Below are positions 1 through 12,800 of a stretch of 64,000 nucleotides of DNA, one piece after another. This DNA comes from Macrostomum hystrix (lineage: Eukaryota > Animalia > Platyhelminthes), in NCBI GenBank assembly GCA_950097015.1, contig CATNEN010000025.1, positions 2,170,001 to 2,234,000 of the forward strand. The letters are read 5' to 3'. Made by a program: the position numbers and the translations under genes. The number at the start of each line of letters is the position of its first letter. Position 1 is the first letter of the stretch. Below the pieces are notes generated by a model. It worked only from the letters and a program-made list of their open reading frames with translations. It had not been told where the DNA came from and did no database searches.

Positions 1-1715
1 ACCTGTGGCTGGCGACAATGAGACTGGGATGGAAATATTATACATGCCTAACAGAGTCTGAAAAGTTGGAAAGAGTGAGGTTAAATGGCTTTTACGCTTG
101 TACTAACTGGAGAGCAGTAGAGGGAGAGAAGTAGAATTGGAGGGAAAATTATGGATAAAGATAGGGTTGGATTAGTAGAGAGTTTGATGGGAAGAGACGA
201 TTTCTAATAGGGTCAGAGGGTCAGGGAATGAGCAGGGGCAGGAATGACAGAAGGGGCAGGGAGTGAGGTGGGGGCCGGGAGTGAGGTGGCTGTCAGAAGG
301 GGCAGGAAGTGAGGTGGGGGCCGGGAGTGGAGGTGGCTGTCAGAAGGGGCAGGAAGTGAGGTGGGTGACAGAAGTGGCTGTAAGAAAGGGAGTGAGATGG
401 CTATGGCTGTAAGAAATAACAGGATTTAGGTGGCTGACGGTAGTGACGTTCAGTGAGAGAGACGGAAATAGAGAAGGAGAGGAAGAAAAATAGAAGCGAA
501 GAAAAATAGTGACTGAGCGAAGAGAGAGAGAGAGCGAGTGAGAGATAAAGTGGGAATAAGGGAATAGAATGTGATAGGATTGGTATAGATAGAGGTAGGA
601 ATCGGATAGATCGAGGTGGGATTGGTATAGATTGAGGAAGGACTGGGATGTATAGGGGTAGAGAAAGTGTAGGTGGGAGATGTTGATGAATGCATTGCAT
701 TCAAGCAGTGGAGAAAACTGGAGTATAGATGCGTCAGAAAGCGATCAGTTTTTTATTGGCAGAAGCAAAGGCAGTCTTCTGTTTTCAATATTTTCAGCGA
801 GCCAGCATTCTGGCTGGATTTGTGCATGGCTGCTCACTCCCTCGAAAACAGACATTAATTTCCCATTGTGACTCTGCTTTCGCTGTTGCTGCCTTGGTCC
901 AAACCATCCACCCACCCCCCAGTCCATTGTTCTGGTCTGCCTCTTCCGCGGCAGAAGAAGCAGAAGCTAAAAATACTAATCTAGCTGAGCTATTGTCTCT
1001 GACATCTCTCTGATCTTCTATCTAATGTGATTCACTTTGTCTATTTCGCTTTCCATTTATGGCCTCAGTTGCACTTTTCAGATAATTTGCATTTTCAGAA
1101 TTCGAGTCCCATTTGCTCACAGGAATTTCCCGCGACAAATAAATCCCCGATCAGTACTCACTGGTTGTTTCTTTTAGCGGAAAGAATTCTTGCTGCCAGC
1201 TGTGAAAGATCTCATATTGAGCTCAATTTCAGCAGCCAGTTTTGCTTAGAAACAATAAAATCACCCATTTAGCTGAGTAGGGAGCGGAAATAGTAGAGAG
1301 CTTTTTGGCCAGCTGAACTCTGTCTGCTATTTTTATGCCCCGGCGGACAAACAAGCGCAGGAAGCTGAACCGACTCGCAAATGCTGCTCGTCTGGGTTAA
1401 TTAAGTGCTCCCCTATACTATAAAAATGCACACTTAGGCTACTGCTATAAATTTCCTTCTCATTGCTGTTGAGGCATTGATTGCTGCTCAGAGAATGTGC
1501 TAGTTTTATTGCCGTGTAAATTAGTGTCTCACACCTCATTTAGATATAGCACTTAACACCTTTTCACAAATTCAGATGTTGCTGAGTGGGCTGAAATGTC
1601 TACATGTCAGTTGTATTATTTAATATGGCTATGTTTGTCTTCAGACGCTTGGGTAGAAGCTGTATAATTTTACATTTGTTGAATTTTGAAATTAAAAGTA
1701 AGGGTCTAAGTGGCA

Positions 1716-3716
1716 GAGAGAAGGGTCCGGGAGTGAGGTGGCTGTTAGAAGGGTCTGGAAGTGAGGTGGCTGTTGGAAGGGTCTGGAAGTGAGGTGGCTG
1801 AGAGAAGGATCTGGAAGTGAGGTGGCTGAGAGAAGGGTCTGGGAGTGAGGTGGCTGTTAGAAGGGTCTGGAAGTGAGGTGGCTGTTAGAAGGGCAGGAAG
1901 TGAGGTGGCTGAGAGAAGGGTCTGGGAGTGAGGTGGCTGTTAGAAGGGCAGGAAGTGAGGTGGCTGAGAGAAGGGTCTAGGAGTGAGGTGGCTGAGAGAA
2001 GGGTCCGGGAGTGAGGTGGCTGAGAGAAGGGTCTGGGAGTGAGGTGGCTGTTAGAAGGGTCTGGAAGTGAGGTGGCTGAGAGAAGGGTCTGGAAGTGAGG
2101 TGGCTGAGAGAAGGGCAGGAAGTGAGGTGGCTGAGAGAAGGGCAGGAAGTGAGGTGGCTGAGAGAAGGGTCTGGGAGTGAGGTGGCTGAGAGAAAGGTCT
2201 GGGAGTGAGGTGGCTGTTAGAAGGGTCTGGAAGTGAGGTGGCTGATAGAAGGGTCTGGAAGTGAGGTGGCTGTTAGAAGGGTCTGGAAGTGAGGTGGCTG
2301 TTAGAAGGGTCTGGAAGTGAGGTGGCTGAGAGAAGGGTCTGGGAGTGAGGTGGCTGTTAGAAGGGTCTGGAAGTGAGGTGGATGTTAGAAGGGTCTGGAA
2401 GTGAGGTGGCTGAGAGAAGGGTCTGGAAGTGAGGTGGCTGAGAGAAGGGTCTGGGAGTGAGGTGGCTGTTAGAAGGGTCTGGAAGTGAGGTGGCTGAGAG
2501 AAGGGTCTGGGAGTGAGGTGGCTGTTAGAAGGGTCTGGAAGTGAGGTGGCTGAGAGAAGGGTCTGGGAGTGAGGTGGCTGTTAGAAGGGTCTGGAAGTGA
2601 GGTGGCTGAGAGAAGGGTCCGGGAGTGAGGTGGCTGAGAGAAGGGTCCGGGAGTGAGGTGGCTGAGAGAAGGGTCTAGGAGTGAGGTGGCTGAGAGAAGG
2701 GTCTGGGATTGAGGTGGCTGTTAGAAGGGTCTGGAAGTGAGGTGGCTGAGAGAAGCGTCTGGGAGTGAGGTGGCTGTTAGAAGGGTCTGGAAGTGAGGTG
2801 GCTGAGAGAAGGGTCCGGGAGTGAGGTGGCTGTTAGAAGGGTCTGGAAGTGAGGTGGTTGAGAGAAGGGTCTGGGAGTGAGGTGGCTGTTAGAAGGGCAG
2901 GAAGTGAGGTGGCTGTTAGAAGGGTCTGGAAGTGAGGTGGCTGAGAGAAGGGTCTAGGAGTGAGGTGGCTGAGAGAAGGGTCCGGGAGTGAGGTGGCTGA
3001 GAGAAGGGTCCGGGAGTGAGGTGGCTGAGAGAAGGGTCTAGGAGTGAGGTGGCTGTTAGAAGGGTCTGGAAGTGAGGTGGCTGAGAGAAGCGTCTGGGAG
3101 TGAGGTGGCTGTCAGAAGGGTCTGGAAGTGAGGTGGCTGAGAGAAGGGTCTGGGAGTGAGGTGGCTGTTAGAAGAGTCTGGGATTGAGGTGGCTGTTAGA
3201 AGGGTCTGGAAGTGAGGTGGCTGAGAGAAGGGTCTGGGAGTGAGGTGGCTGTTAGAAGGGTCTGGAAGTGAGGTGGCTGAGAGAAGGGTCTGGGAGTGAG
3301 GTGGCTGTTAGAAGGGTCTGGGAGTGAGGTGGCTGAGAGAAGGGTCCGGGATTGAGGTGGCTGAGAGAAGGGTCTGGGATTGAGGTGGCTGTTAGAAGGG
3401 TCTGGAAGTGAGGTGGCTGAGAGAAGGGTCTAGGAGTGAGGTGGCTGTTAGAAGGGTCCGGGAGTGAGGTGACTGAGAGAAGGGTCCGGGAGTGAGGTGG
3501 CTGTTAGAAGGGTCTGGAAGTGAGGTGGTTGAGAGAAGGGTCTGGGAGTGAGGTGGCTGTTAGAAGGGCAGGAAGTGAGGTGGCTGTTAGAAGGGTCTGG
3601 AAGTGAGGTGGCTGAGAGAAGGGTCTGGGAGTGAGGTGGCTGTTAGAAGAGTCTGGGAGTGAGGTGGCTGAGAGAAGGGTCTGGAAGTGAGGTGGCCGAG
3701 AGAAGGATCTGGGAGT
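1716..3716. repeat. 28-bp minisatellite (GAAGGGTCTGGRAGTGAGGTGGCTGWKA), ~70 copies
   Basis: Directly visible tandem array. A degenerate copy of the same core occurs at ~260-370. Confidence 0.97.
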
Positions 3717-3834
3717 GTCAGGTCAAAGATTAAGAAGAGACGAGTCGCAGAATCTCAGCTTTTGCAAGTTAAGAGCATCTAGCCTATTGTGAAGGAAGTA
3801 CAGGAAGTAAAAAATGATGAACCCGTTTGGACAG

Positions 3835-6800
3835 ACACAATCAGGAAGCTTGTCCGTCTGGATCGTCAAGTCGCCTGCCCCGGCGAGCCCTCTGGAACGC
3901 TGAGCTGCCCGGAGGGTACCCAGATTGCCATCTTCTCGGTGACGCTCAACCAGCAGGCGACTAGCGAGTGTCGCCGATTTGCCGCAAACTTCAGCGCCGG
4001 AGTCGGCAACTCCAAGGGGCCGCTGTCCGCAGCTCTGTCTCGCTGCACCATCAGCAGAGCGGAGCGGGTGAGCGAGCGAGAATCATTATTACTGTGTCCT
4101 AAGTTAATACTTAATATATTTATTACAGCGCTGATTCTATATCTAGAAATAAAAAACTGAACTACATTCTTAACTTCTTTTTTGAGGGCTTAGAAGCCAC
4201 ACGCCGCAGCTGCAGCCACTTTTTTGGTCAACGTAGGCCATGCGGAGATCGCCGCCGCTAGATTGACATGACGAGGGCAGGGAGGGGGAGGACGGGACCC
4301 TGCCCAGGTCGCAATTGTCCCGCGTGTTAATTCTCTGACAGGGTGGGGGGACAGACATGCCAACAGAAGAAGAAAAATATAACTACAAGACCACAGTATG
4401 CGTGGAACGCCCCTTCCGTTTTCGTGCAGCGCTCCCCATCCTATTTAGAATCTCCATCTTATCCCATTCCCAACTGTTCCTGCTGCTGCTGCTGCTGCCA
4501 AACTCTGAAAAATATTAACAATGAACACGGTACCTCGTCTTTCATTCTGCCGGCTAGCCGATTGGCAGAGGTGAAACAGAAGTGGCTTCCGATGGCCTGT
4601 CAGACCACCTCACTCCTATCCACCTCACTCCCAGCCACCTCACTCCCAGCCACCTCACTCCCATCCACCTCACTCCCATCCACCTCACACCCAGCCACTT
4701 CACTCCCAGCCACATCACTCCCAGCCACCTCACTCCCATCCACCTCACACCCAGCCACATCACTCCCAGCCACCTCACTCCCATCCACCTCACACCCAGC
4801 CACTTCACTCCCAGCCACATCACTCCCATCCACCTCACTCCCAGCCACCTCACACCCAGCCACCTCACTCCCAGCCACATTACTCCCAGCCACCTCACTC
4901 CCAGCCACCTCACACCCAGCCACCTCACTCCCAGCCACCTCACTCCTAGCTATCTCTCGCCTTCTTCTCTTTCTTTCTCTCCCTCTCTCCCTCATTATCT
5001 CTTTCTTTATCAGTCTTCTACCATCCGTTTGTTTTCCAAGCGCTAGTCTTTGGCAATTAGTTTGTTCTCAATTAAGATACTCACTTCATATAATTGTTTT
5101 TGTAATTTTATCTTTATTCTTAAGCAATGATTTTTAACAAATGAACCAAACAGTTTTTGAATCCAGTGTCCACCAAAAAATAGACAATTTGAAGCGCAAT
5201 AAATTATCATAGTTTGATTGGCGGCTCCGGCGTTGAGCTGTCAAACTGCCGCGCTCAGGGCTGGAAACGCGGCCAGCTCAGGTCACGCAGCTGATCAGGT
5301 TGCTCAGTATGAGGCGCCAGCGATCTCCTCACTCCACTCTGAAATCCTCCTACATATATAGATATTGCTGCTGATATGTGTCAACAGTTTGGGAGATGTG
5401 GGCAGATGAAAAAATGTACCCCCACCTCCACTCAGCATCTCTATCTCACTGCAGCATCATCGCCGCATCCCGCACACGTGACTCCGAGCTCCCCCCTCTG
5501 TCTGTCTAAGCGTATCCCATTTCCATTATTTTCTATATCCCTAACATTCGCAAATAGGCTAGCGAAGCTTTGCCAAGTATTTCAATATTTTACTAAAAAC
5601 ACGCAAGGGCACGCTGCAGATGTCACTCCTTCCAGATGTCACTCCTTCCAGATGTCACTCCTTCCAGATGTCACTCCTTCCAGATGTCACTCCTTCCAGA
5701 TGTCACTCCTTCCAGATGTCACTCCTTCCAGATGTCACTCCTTCCAGATGTCACTCCTTCCAGATGTCACTCCTTCCAGATGTCACTCCTTCCAGATGTC
5801 ACTCCTTCCAGATGTCACTCCTTCCAGATGTCACTCCTTCCAGATGTCACTCCTTCCAGATGTCACTCCTTCCAGATGTCACTCCTTCCAGATGTCACTC
5901 CTTCCAGATGTCACTCCTTCCAGATGTCACTCCTTCCAGGTGTCACTCCTTCCAGATGTCACTCCTTCCAGATGTCACTCCTTCCAGGTGTCACTCCTTC
6001 CAGATGTCACTCCTTCCAGATGTCACTCCTTCCAGATGTCACTCCTTCCAGATGTCACTCCTTCCAGATGTCACTCCTTCCAGATGTCACTCCTTCCAGA
6101 TGTCACTCCTTCCAGATGTCACTCCTTCCAGATGTCACTCCTTCCAGATGTCACTCCTTCCAGATGTCACTCCTTCCAGATGTCACTCCTTCCAGATGTC
6201 ACTCCTTCCAGATGTCACTCCTTCCTGCAGATGTCACTCCTAAATCCCATATAGCAGGCACTCCCAATCCCAGGCAGACAGTTTCGCTAATGCCGTCGGC
6301 CGCACGGGCAACACTGGGCCAGCGGGACTAAAGTCATAAATAATTTATGACAACCAGCGCCTCGATTTCTCACTTTCTCTCCGCCAAATGGACCAAAAAT
6401 TGGCCCATTTACACGGTTCTTATCCAGTCATCCCTGTTGGTTTAATCTAGCCCCACGAGTGTAAATATATTTTTATATATAAATATATAAATATTATCGA
6501 TAGCAGCTGTACTGTCAATATCAATGCAATTGCAACTAAAAAATATAACAACTCATCGAGCTACAATGACGGCAAGGGTCCATTGTTTAAATTTGTCTGA
6601 TTATCTGTATGCAGGTGCTAATAATAAGCAATGAAAAAATAAACCTAATGATTGACAAGCCGGCCATTTTTGCTGCTTCCTGCCCACGTACAGACGGAGT
6701 GTTTTTGTTTTGTCGTTGCCATAGTAACAAGGCAATCCTTTAACAGGAAGACGTGAGGTCACTTTTCCTGTTTCTAGTAAATGCATGATAGCAGATAAGA

Positions 6801-9800
6801 TTTCTTGGAAATCATTTTCTGGCAGGACATTTTGGGAACTTATTTGTGTGTCTGGTATCGATCTAGTGTATCTGGAATGGATCTAGTGTATCTGGTATGG
6901 ATCTAGTGTATCTGGAATGGATCTAGTGTATCTGGAATGGATCTAGTATATCTGGTATGGATCTAGTATATCTGGTATGGATCTAGTATATCTGGTATGG
7001 ATCTAGTGTATCTGAAATGGATCTAGTGTATCTGAAATGGATCTAGTATATCTGGAATGGATCTAGTATATCTGGTATGGATCTAGTGTGTCTGGAATGG
7101 ATCTAGTGTATATGGAATGGATCTAGTGTATCTGGAATGGATCTAGTATATCTGGAATGGATCTAGTGTATCTGGAATGGATCTAGTGTGTCTGGAATGG
7201 ATCTAGTGTATCTGGAATGGATCTAGTGTATCTGGAATGGATCTAGTATATCTGGAATGGATCTAGTGTATCTGGAATGGATCTAGTGTGTCTGGAATGG
7301 ATCTAGTGTATCTGGAATGGATCTAGTGTATCTGGAATGGATCTAGTGTATCTGGAATGGATCTAGTGTATCTGGAATGGATCTAGTATATCTGAAATGG
7401 ATCTAGTGTATCTGGAATGGATCTAGTGTATCTGGAATGGATCTAGTGTATCTGGTATGGATCTAGTGTATCTGGAATGGATCTAGTGTATCTGGAATGG
7501 ATCTAGTGTGTCTGGAATGGATCTAGTGTGTCTGGAATGGATCTAGTGTATCTGGAATGGATCTAGTGTATCTGGAATGGATCTAGTGTATCTGGAATGG
7601 ATCTAGTGTATCTGGAATGGATCTAGTATATCTGGAATGGATCTAGTGTATCTGGAATGGATCTAGTGTGTCTGGAATGGATCTAGTGTATCTGGAATGG
7701 ATCTAGTGTATCTGGAATAGATCTAGTGTATCTGGAATGGATCTAGTGTATCTGGAATGGATCTAGTGTATCTGGAATGGATCTAGTGTATCTGGAATGG
7801 ATCTAGTATATCTGGTATGGATCTAGTGTATCTGGAATGGATCTAGTGTATCTGGAATGGATCTAGTATATCTGGAATGGATCTAGTGTATCTGGAATGG
7901 ATCTAGTATATCTGGAATGGATCTAGTGTATCTGGAATGGATCTAGTGTGTCTGGAATGGATCTAGTGTATCTGGAATGGATCTAATGTATCTGGAATGG
8001 ATCTAGTGTATCTGGAATGGATCCAGTATATCTGGAATGGATCTAGTGTATCTGGAATGGATCTAGTGTATCTGGAATGGATCTAGTATATCTGGAATGG
8101 ATCTAGTATATCTGGTATGGATCTAGTGTATCTGGAATGGATCTAGTGTATCTGGAATGGATCTAGTATATCTGGAATGGATCTAGTGTATCTGGAATGG
8201 ATCTAGTGTATCTGGAATGGATCTAGTGTATCTGGTATGGATCTAGTGTATCTGGAATGGATATAGTGTATCTGGAATGGATCTAGTGTATCTGGAATGG
8301 ATCTAGTGTATCTGGAATGGATCCAGTGTATCTGGAATGGATCCAGTGTATCTGGAATGGATCTAGTGTGTCTGGAATGGATCTAGTATATCTGGTATGG
8401 ATCTAGTATATCTGGTATGGATCTAGTATATCTGGTATGGATCCAGTGTATCTGGAATGGATCTAGTGTATCTGGAATGGATCCAGTATATCTGGAATGG
8501 ATCTAGTGTATCTGGAATGGATCTAGTGTATCTGGAATGGATCTAGTATATCTGGAATGGATCTAGTATATCTGGTATGGATCTAGTGTATCTGAATGGA
8601 TCTAGTGTATCTGGAATGGATCTAGTATATCTGGAATGGATCTAGTGTATCTGGAATGGATCTAGTGTATCTGGAATGGATCTAGTGTATCTGGTATGGA
8701 TCTAGTGTATCTGGTATGGATCTAGTGTATCTGGAATGGATATAGTGTATCTGGAATGGATCTAGTGTATCTGGTATGGATCCAGTATATCTGGTATGGA
8801 TCTAGTGTATCTGGAATGGATCCAGTATATCTGGAATGGATCTAGTGTATCTGGAATGGATCTAGTGTATCTGGAATGGATCTAGTATATCTGGAATGGA
8901 TCTAGTATATCTGGTATGGATCTAGTGTATCTGGAATGGATCTAGTGTATCTGGAATGGATCTAGTATATCTGGAATGGATCTAGTGTATCTGGAATGGA
9001 TCTAGTGTATCTGGAATGGATCTAGTGTATCTGGTATGGATCTAGTGTATCTGGAATGGATATAGTGTATCTGGAATGGATCTAGTGTATCTGGAATGGA
9101 TCTAGTGTATCTGGAATGGATCCAGTGTATCTGGAATGGATCCAGTGTATCTGGAATGGATCTAGTGTGTCTGGAATGGATCTAGTATATCTGGTATGGA
9201 TCTAGTATATCTGGTATGGATCTAGTATATCTGGTATGGATCCAGTGTATCTGGAATGGATCTAGTGTGTCTGGTATGGATCTAGTATATCTGGTATGGA
9301 TCTAGTATATCTGGTATGGATCTAGTATATCTGGTATGGATCTAGTGTATCTGGAATGGATCTAGTGTATCTGGTATGGATCTAGTATATCTGGAATGGA
9401 TCTAGTGTATCTGGAATGGATCTAGTGTGTCTGGAATGGATCTAGTATATCTGGAATGGATCTAGTGTATCTGGAATGGATCTAGTGTATCTGGAATGGA
9501 TCCAGTGTATCTGGAATGGATCCAGTGTATCTGGAATGGATCTAGTGTGTCTGGAATGGATCTAGTATATCTGGAATGGATCTAGTGTATCTGGAATGGA
9601 TCTAGTGTATCTGGAATGGATCTAGTGTATCTGGAATGGATCTAGTATATCTGGAATGGATCTAGTGTATCTGGAATGGATCTAGTGTATCTGGAATGGA
9701 TCTAGTGTATCTGGTATGGATCTAGTATATCTGGTATGGATCTAGTATATCTGGTATGGATCTAGTGTATCTGAAATGGATCTAGTGTATCTGGAATGGA

Positions 9801-12800
9801 TCTAATGTATCTGGAATAGATCTAGTGTATCTGGAATGGATCTAGTGTATCTGGAATAGATCTAGTGCATCTGGAATGGATCTAGTGTATCTGGAATGGA
9901 TCTAGTGTATCTGGAATGGATCTAGTGTATCTGGTATGGATCTAGTATATCTGGTATGGATCTAGTATATCTGGTATGGATCTAGTGTATCTGAAATGGA
10001 TCTAGTGTATCTGGAATGGATCTAATGTATCTGGAATAGATCTAGTGTATCTGGAATGGATCTAGTGTATCTGGAATAGATCTAGTGCATCTGGAATGGA
10101 TCTAGTGTATCTGGAATGGATCTAGTGTATCTGGAATGGATCTAGTGTATCTGGAATGGATCTAGTGTATCTGGAATGGATCTAGTGTGTCTGGAATGGA
10201 TCTAGTATATCTGGTATGGATCTAGTATATCTGGTATGGATCTAGTGTATCTGAAATGGATCTAGTGTATCTGGAATGGATCTAGTATATCTGGAATGGA
10301 TCTAGTGTATCTGGAATGGATCTAGTGTGTCTGGAATGGATCTAGTATATCTGGAATGGATCTAGTATATCTGGAATGGATCTAGTGTGTCTGGAATGGA
10401 TCTAGTGTGTCTGGAATGGATCTAGTGTGTCTGGAATGGATCTAGTATATCTGGAATGGATCTAGTGTGTCTGGAATGGATCTAGTGTATCTGGAATGGA
10501 TCTAGTATATCTGGAATGGATCTAGTGTATCTGGAATGGATCTAGTGTGTCTGGAATGGATCTAGTGTATCTGGAATGGATCTAGTGTATCTGGAATGGA
10601 TCTAGTGTATCTGGAATGGATCTAGTATATCTGAAATGGATCTAGTGTATCTGGAATGGATCTAGTGTATCTGGAATGGATCTAGTGTATCTGGTATGGA
10701 TCTAGTGTATCTGGAATGGATCTAGTGTATCTGGAATGGATCTAGTGTGTCTGGAATGGATCTAGTGTGTCTGGAATGGATCTAGTGTATCTGGAATGGA
10801 TCTAGTGTATCTGGAATGGATCTAGTGTATCTGGAATGGATCTAGTGTATCTGGAATGGATCTAGTATATCTGGTATGGATCTAGTATATCTGGTATGGA
10901 TCTAGTGTATCTGAAATGGATCTAGTGTATCTGAAATGGATCTAGTGTATCTGGAATGGATCTAGTGTATCTGGAATGGATCTAGTGTATCTGGAATGGA
11001 TCTAGTGTATCTGGAATGGATCTAGTGTATCTGGAATGGATCTAGTGTATCTGGAATGGATCTAGTGTATCTGGTATGGATCTAGTGTATCTGGTATGGA
11101 TCTAGTATATCTGGTATGGATCTAGTATATCTGGTATGGATCTAGTATATCTGGTATGGATCTAGTATATCTGGTATGGATCTAGTATATCTGGTATGGA
11201 TCTAGTATATCTGGAATGGATCTAGTGTATCTGGAATGGATCTAGTATATCTGGTATGGATCTAGTGTGTCTGGAATGGATCTAGTATATCTGGAATGGA
11301 TCTAGTGTATCTGGTATGGATCTAGTGAATCTGGAATGGATCTAGTATATCTGGTATGGATCTAGTGAATCTGGAATGGATCTAGTATATCTGGTATGGA
11401 TCTAGTGTATCTGGAATGGATCTAGTGTATCTGGAATGGATCTAGTATATCTGGTATGGATATATTGTATCTGGAATGGATCTAGTGTATCTGGTATGGA
11501 TCTAGTGTATCTGGTATGGATCTAGTGTATCTGGTATGGATCTAGTATATCTGGTATGGATCTAGTATATCTGGTATGGATCTAGTATATCTGGTATGGA
11601 TCTAGTATATCTGGTATGGATCTAGTATATCTGGTATGGATCTAGTGTATCTGGAATGGATCTAGTGTATCTGGAATGGATCTAGTATATCTGGTATGGA
11701 TCTAGTGTGTCTGGAATGGATCTAGTATATCTGGAATGGATCTAGTGTATCTGGTATGGATCTAGTGAATCTGGAATGGATCTAGTATATCTGGTATGGA
11801 TCTAGTGAATCTGGAATGGATCTAGTATATCTGGTATGGATCTAGTGTATCTGGAATGGATCTAGTGAATCTGGAATGGATCTAGTATATCTGGTATGGA
11901 TATATTGTATCTGAAATGGATCTAGTGTATCTGGAATGGATCTAGTGTATCTGGAATGGATCTAGTGTATCTGAAATGGATATAGTGTATCTGAAATGGA
12001 TATAGTGTATCTGGAATGGATCTAGTGTATCTGAAATGGATATATTGTATCTGAAATGGATCTAGTGTATCTGGAATGGATCTAGTGTATCTGGAATGGA
12101 TCTAGTGTGTCTGGAATGGATCTAGTGTGTCTGGAATGGATCTAGTGTATCTGGAATGGATCTAGTGTATCTGGAATGGATCTAGTGTATCTGGAATGGA
12201 TCTAGTGTATCTGGAATGGATCTAGTATATCTGGTATGGATCTAGTATATCTGGTATGGATCTAGTATATCTGGTATGGATCTAGTGTATCTGAAATGGA
12301 TCTAGTGTATCTGAAATGGATCTAGTGTATCTGGAATGGATCTAGTATATCTGGTATGGATCTAGTATATCTGGTATGGATCTAGTATATCTGGTATGGA
12401 TCTAGTGTATCTGAAATGGATCTAGTGTATCTGAAATGGATCTAGTGTATCTGGAATGGATCTAGTGTATCTGGAATGGATCTAGTGTATCTGGAATGGA
12501 TCTAGTGTGTCTGGAATGGATCTAGTGTGTCTGGAATGGATGTAGTGTATCTGGAATGGATCTAGTGTATCTGGAATGGATCTAGTGTATCTGGAATGGA
12601 TCTAGTATATCTGGTATGGATCTAGTATATCTGGTATGGATCTAGTATATCTGGTATGGATCTAGTGTATCTGAAATGGATCTAGTGTATCTGAAATGGA
12701 TCTAGTGTATCTGGAATGGATCTAGTGTATCTGGAATGGATCTAGTGTATCTGGAATGGATCTAGTGTATCTGGAATGGATCTAGTGTATCTGGAATGGA

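Noticed and set aside
673-1400. Signal-peptide first exon of the lectin gene
   Set aside because: No ATG + hydrophobic stretch + phase-1 donor combination found; the exon is probably upstream of the window.
4343-6331. ORFs over the 15-bp and 16-bp arrays, and similarly those at 15243-16075, 16574-17095, 18314-18779, 27718-28203, 47066-47995 and 60462-61091
   Set aside because: Repeat-derived; they lie in introns or intergenic DNA with no domain content.
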